A stretch of DNA of 64,000 nucleotides, taken from assembly GCA_005776725.1 (NCBI GenBank), contig SXOO01000062.1:358-64357 (forward strand). The letters are read 5' to 3'. The DNA is from Pseudomonadota bacterium. Its GTDB lineage: Bacteria; Myxococcota_A; UBA9042; GCA-2863065. The notes below the pieces were generated by a model. It did no database searches and was not told the DNA's origin. It was given only the letters and a program-made list of their open reading frames with translations. Made by a program: the position numbers and the translations under genes. Positions 19,258-27,421 of this stretch are shown here, piece after piece (positions within the stretch are counted from its first letter, which is position 1; every line of letters begins with the position of its first letter).

Positions 19258-22200
19258 ATGCTGCTGCGCGTGAAGCGCGTCATCGTGGCCCTATTCGTCT
19301 TCGGCTGCAGCGAGTTCCGAGACCGCGTCCCGTCCGATACGGGCGAGACCGGTACCGACTCCGCCGACATCAAGAACCCCTGCGCCGGCGTCGACTGCGA
19401 CGACGGCGACCCGTGCACCTCCGATCGGTGCGTCGCGGCTACCGGCGAATGTGAGCACCCGCCCGTCCCGGACGGCGCTTCCTGCGACGATGGCGCGTTC
19501 TGCACCGCCAACGACTCCTGCTCGGCCGGGGTCTGCGGAGGCACTGCCACGAGCTGTCCCACCGACGGGACCCCGTGCACCACCGGCGTGTGCGACGAGG
19601 ACGGAAACACCTGCAAGGTCGTGCCGCTGGCCGACGCAGCCCCCTGCGACGACGGCGACACCTGCACAACGGGGGAGACGTGCGCCGCGGGCGCATGCGG
19701 CGGGGGGAGCCCGGTCGCCTGCGAGGGTGCCATCGGGACGTGCACTCCGTCGGTCTGCGTGAGTGGACAGGGCTGCGTCGCCACGCCCGCGCCCGACTCC
19801 ACGAGCTGCGACGACGGAGACGCGTGCACCGAGGGTGACGTGTGCACCGGCGGGACCTGTACCGGGGTGCCCAAGGACTGCTCGGGCCTCGACGAGAAAT
19901 GCAGGATCGCCGTGTGCTTCGAAGGGCAATGCTCGCTAACCAACGCCCCGGCCGGCCCCTGCGACGATGGAGATGCCTGCACGGTGGGCGACGCTTGCGC
20001 GGCGGGCGCCTGCCAGGGGGCGCCTTTGGACTGTTCGCTGGTGGACGGGCCCTGCGCCGTCGGCTTCTGCGATCCCGGGGGCGCTGGCTGCATCCAGAAC
20101 CCGGTGAACGAGGCTCAGCCGTGCGAGGACGGCGATCTCTGCAGCATCACGTCGGCGTGCGTCTCCGGGTTCTGCGCACTGGTCACCGCGGTCGACTGCT
20201 CTTCTCTGGATGGCCCTTGCGCCATCGGCGCGTGCGTCGTGGCCACGGGCGAGTGCACCACGAAGCCGGTGCTCGACGGCGTCGCCTGCTCCGACGGCGA
20301 CGCGTGCACGCTCGGCGATCAGTGCCTCTCCGGTCTGTGCCTCGGAGACGCCAAGGACTGCGGGAAGTCGGTGATCGCCTGCTGGTCGGTCACCTGCGAC
20401 CCCACCGACGGAAAGTGCAACACGGGCCCAGACGCGCTCCTCGACGGGACGCCCTGTGCCGACGACCTCTTCTGCACCGTCGACGGCGCGTGCGCGGCCG
20501 GCACGTGCGCGAGCGCGCCGCGTGACTGCTCCGGCGCCGCCGGCACATGCCAGGTCGCCGTTTGCGACGAGGGCAACGACGCCTGCGCCCCGGTGCCCGC
20601 CGACGATGGCTCGCCGTGTTCGGATGGGCAGGGCTGCACCACCAGCGACGTCTGCGTCGCGGGCTCTTGCGTCGGACTCGGCACGCTCAGTTGCTCGCAG
20701 CTGGACGGCCCCTGCCACATCGGCGAGTGCAGCGAGGCGGTCGGTGGGTGTACGGCCACGCCGCGCCCCGAGAACGCGGATTGCTCGGACGGGTCCACCT
20801 GCACCACCGGAGATGCCTGCAAGAACGGTGAGTGTATCGGCGGCGCGGTCGACTGCTCCCACCTCACGAGCGGCTGCGCCGTCGGCGTCTGCACCCAAGA
20901 CGCGGGCTGTGTCGCAAACCCGGTGCCGGACGGCGCGTCGTGCTCGGATGGCGTCGAGTGCACTCAAGGCGACGACTGCATCGCCGGCGCGTGTACGCCC
21001 GGCGTCCCCGTCGGGTGCCCGTGCCCGAATCCCGGTCGCGCGATCGAGCTCACGGACGGCTGCGTCACTACGGCCGGCGGTCCACTGCTCGACTCCCAGA
21101 GAGGCTTCACCGTGGCCTTCTGGATGCGGACCACCACGGTCGCCTCGGCCCGTCTGCTCGACCAGCGGGTCAGCGCGTCCGCCGGAGACTCCGACTGGTC
21201 GATCACCTACGAGGCGCCCGGCGGGGTCGGGCAGCTGCGATTCCAGTACGGCAACACTGTGGGAGCCGACAGCCAGCTGGGCATGAGCGGCGTCGCCCTG
21301 AACGACGGGCTCTGGCACTACGTGGCGCTGGTGCGGGACGGCGACGACCTCCGCTGGTGGGTAGACGGGATCGGGCAGCCGGTGGCGACCGCCACGAACC
21401 TCCTGGCACTCACCAACCCTGCGCCGCTTGCGATCGGCTGTGGGCGCTTCGGCGGGGAGCTGTTCAACGGCGCCATCGACGAGGTGGCGATCTGGAACTA
21501 CCCTCGGTATCGCACCTCGCACGCGCCGCCGGACCGCCACCCGGTCACGGCCGGCCTCGTCTCCCTCTTCCGCTTCGACGAGTCGCCTCCCGCGCCGGCG
21601 GACGCCATTACGGGCCTCGCGGCCAACCTCTCTGGCGGCGCCGCCAGCACGGAGTCCGTCTCACCTTCGATGTTCGGCTGTTGCGGCAACGGCTTCGTCG
21701 AGACCGGAGAGGCGTGCGAGCCCGGCTCGAACCCGGGGTGCAGCGGCGCCTGCGAGCTGCCCGCGATCCCGGCGCAGTCAGCCGACTTCGACGGCTCGGG
21801 CTGCATCGTCGTGGACTCCCAGACCCTCATCCCGAGCGTCTCCCTGCTCACCGTGGAGTTCTGGGTGCAGACGACGCAGAAGCCCGCGATTCTCCTCGCC
21901 AAGACCTCCAGCGACGGCAACTCAGGGTGGCGCATCGAGCTCGACGACGCCGGTAAGCCCGTGTTCCGCGGCTTTGACATCAACGGGGGACCCGTGGTCC
22001 ACCTCGGGTCCGCCACGGTCTCGAACGGCCTCTGGCACCACGTCGCGCTCATGAACTTCGCCGGGAACAAGCTCCGCTGGTTCGTCGACGGCGTCGCGGC
22101 GCCCACCAGCACGCTCGACAAGCTGGTCCCGCTCGGCAACACGCACCCGACGCGCCTCGGCTGCGGGCCCACGGGCGCCACGCTACTCGGCCGGCTCGAC

Positions 22201-22395
22201 GGGGTGCACGTGAGCCGGGCGCTGCGGTACTCCACCAACTTCACGCCCTCGAAGTCGCCCGCTCCGGACGCCAACACCGACCTCTTGTTCACCTTCGACC
22301 TCCCGGCGGTGAACGGCACTGTGGTGGACCTCTCGCCCGGTCTGCACGACGGGGCGGGCAACAGCGGGGTCACGATCTTGCCGGTCGCGCCGTGA
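19258..22395 (+). CDS. Cys-rich-repeat lipoprotein with two LamG/concanavalin-like (Laminin_G_3-type) domains, 1045 aa
   Basis: Lipobox ALFVFGC. Roughly 550 aa of reiterated C-D-D-G-[DN]-x-C-T-x-x-D-x-C modules. These are followed by GFTVAFWMRTT...LWHYVALVRDGDDLRWWVDG...FNGAIDEVAIWNY (LamG-like), a CCGNGFVETGEACE myxococcal-type Cys-rich repeat, and a second LamG-like domain (LTVEFWVQTT...LWHHVALMNFAGNKLRWFVDG). Starts 21 bp after the Omp85 stop. Confidence 0.8.
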   Translation: MLLRVKRVIVALFVFGCSEFRDRVPSDTGETGTDSADIKNPCAGVDCDDGDPCTSDRCVAATGECEHPPVPDGASCDDGAFCTANDSCSAGVCGGTATSCPTDGTPCTTGVCDEDGNTCKVVPLADAAPCDDGDTCTTGETCAAGACGGGSPVACEGAIGTCTPSVCVSGQGCVATPAPDSTSCDDGDACTEGDVCTGGTCTGVPKDCSGLDEKCRIAVCFEGQCSLTNAPAGPCDDGDACTVGDACAAGACQGAPLDCSLVDGPCAVGFCDPGGAGCIQNPVNEAQPCEDGDLCSITSACVSGFCALVTAVDCSSLDGPCAIGACVVATGECTTKPVLDGVACSDGDACTLGDQCLSGLCLGDAKDCGKSVIACWSVTCDPTDGKCNTGPDALLDGTPCADDLFCTVDGACAAGTCASAPRDCSGAAGTCQVAVCDEGNDACAPVPADDGSPCSDGQGCTTSDVCVAGSCVGLGTLSCSQLDGPCHIGECSEAVGGCTATPRPENADCSDGSTCTTGDACKNGECIGGAVDCSHLTSGCAVGVCTQDAGCVANPVPDGASCSDGVECTQGDDCIAGACTPGVPVGCPCPNPGRAIELTDGCVTTAGGPLLDSQRGFTVAFWMRTTTVASARLLDQRVSASAGDSDWSITYEAPGGVGQLRFQYGNTVGADSQLGMSGVALNDGLWHYVALVRDGDDLRWWVDGIGQPVATATNLLALTNPAPLAIGCGRFGGELFNGAIDEVAIWNYPRYRTSHAPPDRHPVTAGLVSLFRFDESPPAPADAITGLAANLSGGAASTESVSPSMFGCCGNGFVETGEACEPGSNPGCSGACELPAIPAQSADFDGSGCIVVDSQTLIPSVSLLTVEFWVQTTQKPAILLAKTSSDGNSGWRIELDDAGKPVFRGFDINGGPVVHLGSATVSNGLWHHVALMNFAGNKLRWFVDGVAAPTSTLDKLVPLGNTHPTRLGCGPTGATLLGRLDGVHVSRALRYSTNFTPSKSPAPDANTDLLFTFDLPAVNGTVVDLSPGLHDGAGNSGVTILPVAP

Positions 22396-23876
22396 CCTTC
22401 GCGGAGGTCGCGGAGCAAGCGGGCGTGTGGGTCGAGACCGTCGAACACTTCGCCCGGCGCGGACTCCTCCCACGCGAAGGCGAGCTCGAGCCGGCGCACG
22501 TGGCCCTCGTACGCCTCGTCGTTCGTTTCCAGGCCGAGCACCAGCTCTCACTCGACACGCTCAAGGCCGTCGTGGCCGACGAGTGCGGCCACGATCTCGC
22601 TCGAGCGGAGCGGGCGCTGGAGGCGCGCGTCGAGCCTGATCCGAACCAGGCTGGGCCCGGCCCGGTCACCCGCGCGCGCCTCGCCACGGACTCCGGGGTC
22701 TCCGCCGAGACCCTGGACACGCTCGTACGCGCTGGCGTGCTCCCGGACGCCGGGCCGTACGGCGGCCACCATGTCTGGATGACCGAGTCCGCCGCCGCGC
22801 TGGACTCCCTAGGGATCCACCGAGACGGCGCGGCCAAAGCCGTGGCGCTGGCGCTCGAGGTGGCCGCGCTGGAGACCGACGCGCTCCTGGTCGACGTGGG
22901 ACGGGGAGCGGCCCCACGGGACGCGCTCCGCGACAGCCGCGAGCGACGGGCCGCGGTGGGGAGGCTCCTCACAGCGGCGCGCAGCACCACCACCGCCGAG
23001 CAGCTCGCGCGCGTGGCCCGCGCCACGGCGGGGTCGAAGGAGCTCGCCCTGGTCGCCACCCACGTGCCGAGCCCCTTGTTCGTGGCGCGTCACCGCATCG
23101 ACGTAGCCGAAGCCGAGGCCAAGGCGCGCTACGAGGCCGGCGACACCACCGCGGGGCGCGAGCTGGCGCGCCTCCTCGTAGGTCTCGGCCGGTTTACGGA
23201 GGCGCTGCAGCTCCTCGAGGGCCTCGCTCGCCCCCCCGTACCCGACACCGGCCTCCGGGCGCTCCCCATGCTGGCGCCCGAGCCGGTGGACGCTGTTCTC
23301 TACCGCGGTCTGTGCCTCTCGCTCGTAGGCGAGGACGGTGACGCCATCGCCGCGGTAGAGGGGGCGGAGGCCCGCGAGCCAGCCAACCCGAAGGCGTCGG
23401 CGTTCGTCGCGGCGGCCCACTTCGTGGCGGCGGGACGCTCCGGCGACCTGCTCGACGCCACCGTCCACGTCGAGGCCGCGCTCACCGCCCTGGCGCGCAG
23501 CCGGGCGCTCCCCGCGCGCTCGGCCGTGGAGCACGCTGAGGCGCGCCTGACCACGGGGCGGATCGCGCTGGTGCTCCCGGCGGCCTTCGGCCTGGCGGCG
23601 GGCGGGCGCGCGGATCTCGAGGCCGTCCTCGAGGCCACTCGTGGGACTGGGGGCGATGAGGCCGGCTACGGCGTCACCGGGGCGCGCGACCTCGTGAGGA
23701 TCACCGCGCTGTTCTTCCTGGGGAGTCACCTCGCAGATCACGGCGACCCGGGCGCGCCCGAGCTGCTGCGGGAGGTGATCGCGCTCGATCCAATGGCCAA
23801 CTTCGCACGGATGGCTTGGCGGCGGCTCTCGCAACGAAACGAGACTCGACCCGCGGAGGGGGGCGCGTGGGGCTGA
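22392..23876 (+). CDS. Tandem MerR-like HTH protein with TPR-like C-terminal region
   Basis: The GTG start overlaps the upstream stop (GTGA at 22392..22395). It has two MerR-type HTH-like segments: MTFAEVAEQAGVWVETVEHFARRGLLP and VTRARLATDSGVSAETLDTLVRAGVLP. The C-terminal half is A/L-rich and helical-repeat-like. Confidence 0.55.
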   Translation: MTFAEVAEQAGVWVETVEHFARRGLLPREGELEPAHVALVRLVVRFQAEHQLSLDTLKAVVADECGHDLARAERALEARVEPDPNQAGPGPVTRARLATDSGVSAETLDTLVRAGVLPDAGPYGGHHVWMTESAAALDSLGIHRDGAAKAVALALEVAALETDALLVDVGRGAAPRDALRDSRERRAAVGRLLTAARSTTTAEQLARVARATAGSKELALVATHVPSPLFVARHRIDVAEAEAKARYEAGDTTAGRELARLLVGLGRFTEALQLLEGLARPPVPDTGLRALPMLAPEPVDAVLYRGLCLSLVGEDGDAIAAVEGAEAREPANPKASAFVAAAHFVAAGRSGDLLDATVHVEAALTALARSRALPARSAVEHAEARLTTGRIALVLPAAFGLAAGGRADLEAVLEATRGTGGDEAGYGVTGARDLVRITALFFLGSHLADHGDPGAPELLREVIALDPMANFARMAWRRLSQRNETRPAEGGAWG

Positions 23877-24565
23877 CGCGGCCGACGTGGGTCTTCGGCG
23901 ACGACTTCGAGTTCCCGCCGCCGGCGCGAGCCAGCCGAGACGGGGTCGTGGCGCTCGGCGGGGAGGTCACCCCGCGGACGCTCCGCCGCGCGTATCAGGC
24001 CGGGATCTTCCCGTGGCCGGTGCGGGAGGACCTCCCGATGTTCTGGTTCTCCCCGAACCCGCGCTTTCTCCTCGAGCTCGATCGCCTTCACATCTCCCGA
24101 TCCCTTGCGAAGATCCTGCGCCGCGACCCGCCGGAGATCCGCTTCGACACGGCCTTCCCGGAAGTGCTGCTGCGGTGCGCGCGGGCCCGCCGGGACGGGG
24201 GCGGCACCTGGATCGACTCGCGGATCGTGCGCGGCTTCGTCCACCTCCACACCGAAGCGGCCCAAGACAACGTGCGCGTCCACAGCGTGGAGGCCTGGCG
24301 CGGGGACACGCTGGTCGGGGGGCTCTATGGGGTCCAGGCCGGCGCGGCGTTCGCAGGCGAGTCGATGTTCTTCATCGAGCCCGACGCGGGCAAGGTCGCG
24401 CTGGTCGCGCTGGTCGAGCGCCTTCGCGCGCGGGGCTTCCACTTCCTCGACTGCCAGGTCGAGACGGAGAACCTGAGCCGGTTCGGGGCGAGGAACGTGC
24501 CTCGGGAAGAGTTCCTCGCGCGGCTCGCGGATGCCCGCCTCGAGTCCGTGACGCTCACGGGCTGA
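23867..24565 (+). CDS. aat: Leucyl/phenylalanyl-tRNA--protein transferase
   Basis: Close motif correspondence to E. coli Aat: LRRAYQAGIFPWP, MFWFSPNPRFLLELDRLHISRSL, GGTWIDSRIVRGFVHLH, HSVEAWRGDTLVGGLYGV, FAGESMF, FLDCQV. The in-frame GTG at 23867 (VGLTRPTWVFG) is preferred over the track start at 23816, which overlaps the upstream gene more deeply. Confidence 0.85.
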   Translation: MGLTRPTWVFGDDFEFPPPARASRDGVVALGGEVTPRTLRRAYQAGIFPWPVREDLPMFWFSPNPRFLLELDRLHISRSLAKILRRDPPEIRFDTAFPEVLLRCARARRDGGGTWIDSRIVRGFVHLHTEAAQDNVRVHSVEAWRGDTLVGGLYGVQAGAAFAGESMFFIEPDAGKVALVALVERLRARGFHFLDCQVETENLSRFGARNVPREEFLARLADARLESVTLTG

Positions 24566-24598
24566 GCTGCTCCGCTCGGGACGGAGCGACCGAGCGGA

Positions 24599-25384
24599 TC
24601 ACTCACGCTCGACGACGAGACCGCGGACCTTCGCCGCCCAGCGCGACAGGTGAAGCGACGCCTCGCCCCCGTCCAGAGCCGCCCATCGCCCCTCGCGCAC
24701 CACGCCGAACCGCATCGCGTCTTCCACGCCGCGGGCCCCGGGCACGCGCGGGCGGGGCGAAGAGGGGAGCTCGTGGTCATCGCGATAGCTGTAGTACCGC
24801 TTGGGCGCCGCGTCGTCCTCCACGCGACAGAGCGTCACGGGAACCGGCGTGAGCGTGGGGGAGCCATCAACGCCGTCTACGCGAGCCCCGCCGACGTCGA
24901 GCCAGAACCCAGAGGGGTGGGGCAACGTGGCCACCACGGGGACCCGGGGCGCCTGGAACACGGCCACGGAGCGCGCCAGGCCGCAGTGGACCAGCATCCA
25001 TTGGCCCGCGACCACCACGCGGTCCAGCGCCGCCTCACGGAGCCGCACGCCAAAGCCATCCGGCAGCACCACGGCCCACCCGCGCCCACCGGCGGGGAGG
25101 GGCTGGGCCGAGCGATAGACCCGCGCCCGGTGCCCGAGCAGCCACTGGCGGCGGACCGCGTACGTCACGAGCCCCCCGGCGATCCCGAGCGCGAGCCAGC
25201 TGGACGGGCGATGCGGGGCCTCGATGACGCCCACCGCGGTGAGCAGGAGCCCCGCGCCCATCGCGGCGCGGCGGCGGTTGTGCAGGTAAGGGGCGAGCTC
25301 GTCCCGGCCCGCCAACGTGTAGGCGAGGTACGCCGCGGTTCCGGACGCCACGAGGCCCACTCCGGCGACGCTCGCGACCTTCAC
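24599..25384 (-). CDS. Hypothetical membrane protein (N-terminal TM helices plus soluble C-terminal domain)
   Basis: The in-frame GTG at 25384 overlaps the stop of the upstream oxidoreductase gene (GTGA at 25381..25384). The product starts VKVASVAGVGLVASGTAAYLAYTL and has 2-3 predicted hydrophobic helices. The long N-terminal extension of track ORF 24599..25753 is R/G/P-rich and overlaps the oxidoreductase gene. No family recognised. Confidence 0.5.
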   Translation of the reverse strand: MKVASVAGVGLVASGTAAYLAYTLAGRDELAPYLHNRRRAAMGAGLLLTAVGVIEAPHRPSSWLALGIAGGLVTYAVRRQWLLGHRARVYRSAQPLPAGGRGWAVVLPDGFGVRLREAALDRVVVAGQWMLVHCGLARSVAVFQAPRVPVVATLPHPSGFWLDVGGARVDGVDGSPTLTPVPVTLCRVEDDAAPKRYYSYRDDHELPSSPRPRVPGARGVEDAMRFGVVREGRWAALDGGEASLHLSRWAAKVRGLVVERE

Positions 25385-26385
25385 GTCACGCGCCCCGCGA
25401 GCCCGCGGACCACGGCACCTGCGTCTTCCGCGAACCCACGCAGGAACCCGGAGCGCCGCGTCCGCTGACACGGTAAGCCCAGATAACCGACCCCGCGGTG
25501 CCCGAGCGAGAGGCCTCCCCGGTGGCGCGGGGCGCCGAGCAGGGGCGCCGTGAAGTCCACCTCGCGGCGGAAGCCCGTGCACCAGACGATGCGGTCTGCC
25601 GCTACCCGGCGCCCTGTTGCGTCCACGGCGCCAGCAGGCTCCAGGGAGACCAGGCGTGAGACCTGAGTCACTCGACCCGCCGTGACCGCGTCGAAGAGCT
25701 CGGGGTCTACGACAGGGGTTCGCTCCGAGCAGCCGCCGTCGCCGGGCACCCACCGGAGCGGCACAGCCGACAGCCGATAGAGCGCCTCCCGGGCCCAGGG
25801 GGGCGCGGGGTTAGGGCGCGTCAGCGGGTCCGGCGTGGCCACGCTGACCTCGGCGCCCGCTTGCAGCGCCGCCACGGCCGCCTCAGCACCAGAGTTCCCG
25901 GCGCCCACGATGAGGACCCGCTCGCCGGGCCGGAGCTCCGCCGCTCGAAAGTCCCTGTAGTGCACGCTGGTCCCCCCGAAGACCCCCGTCAGGGTGGGGG
26001 TGTAGGGCCGCCCGAACTCGCCGGTGGCCACAACCAGCGAGCGCGTGGTGATCGGGCCGCGGCTGGTCTCGAGCACGAGCGCGTCACCCCGTGTGCGCAA
26101 GGAGGTGGCGGAGACCGACGGCTGTACCCGGAACTTGTGTCGGCGCTGAAACCGCTCGAGCAGGGCCACCACCGCGCTTCGGTGCGCCCGCTCTTCGGGC
26201 GCGTCTGGGAAGTCGCCGTCCGGCATCACGTCGTGCTGCCGTGGGGACAAACAACGGAGCCCCTGCGGCATGAGGCGCCACGCCCCGCCCACGGTCTCGG
26301 CCCGCTCGAGCACCAGGGGCGAGAGGCCCAGCCGCCGCGCGTGCCAGGCAGCGGAGAGCCCCGCGGCGCCGGCGCCGACGATCAC
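25381..26385 (-). CDS. FAD/NAD(P)-binding oxidoreductase (flavin monooxygenase-like, two Rossmann motifs)
   Basis: 334 aa. N-terminal IVGAGAAGLSAA (GxGxxG) and a second dinucleotide motif VLIVGAGNSGAEAA. WCTGFR near the C-terminus is typical of class B flavoprotein-like oxidoreductases. Confidence 0.7.
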   Translation of the reverse strand: MIVGAGAAGLSAAWHARRLGLSPLVLERAETVGGAWRLMPQGLRCLSPRQHDVMPDGDFPDAPEERAHRSAVVALLERFQRRHKFRVQPSVSATSLRTRGDALVLETSRGPITTRSLVVATGEFGRPYTPTLTGVFGGTSVHYRDFRAAELRPGERVLIVGAGNSGAEAAVAALQAGAEVSVATPDPLTRPNPAPPWAREALYRLSAVPLRWVPGDGGCSERTPVVDPELFDAVTAGRVTQVSRLVSLEPAGAVDATGRRVAADRIVWCTGFRREVDFTAPLLGAPRHRGGLSLGHRGVGYLGLPCQRTRRSGFLRGFAEDAGAVVRGLAGRVT

Positions 26386-26405
26386 GCAACGTTCGTCAGT
26401 GAGGC

Positions 26406-27185
26406 TCAGGGGCGAACCGCGGACGTCGCAGACGGTGGCGCGGACGCGTCGGGCACGGCCACGCCGACCTGAGTCAGGATGCCGCGGGCGAGTACACGCA
26501 CCGTCTCGTCGGGGTCGTTGGCGGCGGACTCGAGGAGCGGCACGAAGGCCGGCTCGTGGTACTGCACCCGCATGACGCGGACCGCGAGGCGCCGCTCGTC
26601 TGGCGTAGGGCTGGCCATGGCCTTTGTGAGCGCCTCGAGCCCCTCCGCCAGGTACTTACCGCCAAGCTCCACGAGGCCGAGCGCCCCGTCGAGGCGCGTC
26701 ATGAGGAGCGGGTGTGCGACGCTACCGCGGAAGAACGCGGAGGCCTCCTCGGGATAGGTGGGCCGCCCGGAGCGCTCCCCGGTCTGGAGGGCCCGCCGAA
26801 GCTTGCCGCCGCGGTCGCGGAGACGCTCGAGGTGGTTCAGCGTCTCGCGCCCCGGGCGAAGGCGGTGCAGCGCCACGGTCGCCTCGAACTCGACGATGGG
26901 GTCCGCGCTGCGCTCGAGGATCACCAACGTGGGGATGGCGCGCTTGCTGTGTCGGCTGGTGACCGCCTTGGCCGCGATCGCCCGCTCCCAGTCGGCGCCC
27001 TCCTCGAGGATGCGGAGAAAGGTCCCCTCGTCTTCGGGCGCCACTGACGCGCCGAGGCGCAGGATCTCCTCGGCGCGCGTCGCCCGGGCGTTGCGGTCGA
27101 TCGTTCCGGGGGGCGCATCCGGCGGCGCGGCGGCTACGAGAGCGGGGAACCCGAGGAGCAGCGTGAACGCGAGTCGTGTGAGCAT
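26406..27185 (-). CDS. Secreted HEAT-repeat protein
   Basis: The internal ATG at 27185 gives MLTRLAFTLLLGFPALVAAAPP (signal peptide). HEAT/PBS-lyase-like repeats: AIPTLVILERSADPIVEFEATVAL and LLESAANDPDETVRVLARGIL. The upstream extension in the track ORF is R/G-rich. Confidence 0.6.
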   Translation of the reverse strand: MLTRLAFTLLLGFPALVAAAPPDAPPGTIDRNARATRAEEILRLGASVAPEDEGTFLRILEEGADWERAIAAKAVTSRHSKRAIPTLVILERSADPIVEFEATVALHRLRPGRETLNHLERLRDRGGKLRRALQTGERSGRPTYPEEASAFFRGSVAHPLLMTRLDGALGLVELGGKYLAEGLEALTKAMASPTPDERRLAVRVMRVQYHEPAFVPLLESAANDPDETVRVLARGILTQVGVAVPDASAPPSATSAVRP

Positions 27186-27364
27186 GGCCGCGATTACAAC
27201 GGTCGCGGTTCCCGGGGTCAACCTCGCCGAGAGCCACCCGCACGCGGCTCGGCCCACAGCACCACCGTCGCGGAGAGAGCGGTTTCTACGCGGCCCCACA
27301 CGGGGAACACGAATCCGGGTGCTCCGCGGGTTCCCTTGCCGGGTCTGTTTCCGTATCCTGCGCC

Positions 27365-27388
27365 CGCACCTGGATCCCCCCAGGTGCG
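27365..27388. promoter_or_regulatory. 9-bp inverted repeat upstream of the lipoprotein operon (possible operator or 5'-UTR hairpin)
   Basis: cgcacctgg-atcccc-ccaggtgcg read directly from the sequence, ~33 nt upstream of the ATG at 27422, in the 236-bp divergent intergenic region. Function not established. Confidence 0.25.
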
Positions 27389-27421
27389 CTGCGCAAACGC
27401 CCGGGGGGCCGGAGTCCTACG

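Noticed and set aside
19224-21540. Minus-strand ORFs 19224..20093, 19936..21540 and 20319..20963, opposite the Cys-rich/LamG gene
   Set aside because: Antisense of Cys codons (GCA/ACA) gives A/S/P/Q-rich pseudo-proteins. The plus strand has a lipobox, regular Cys modules and LamG motifs.
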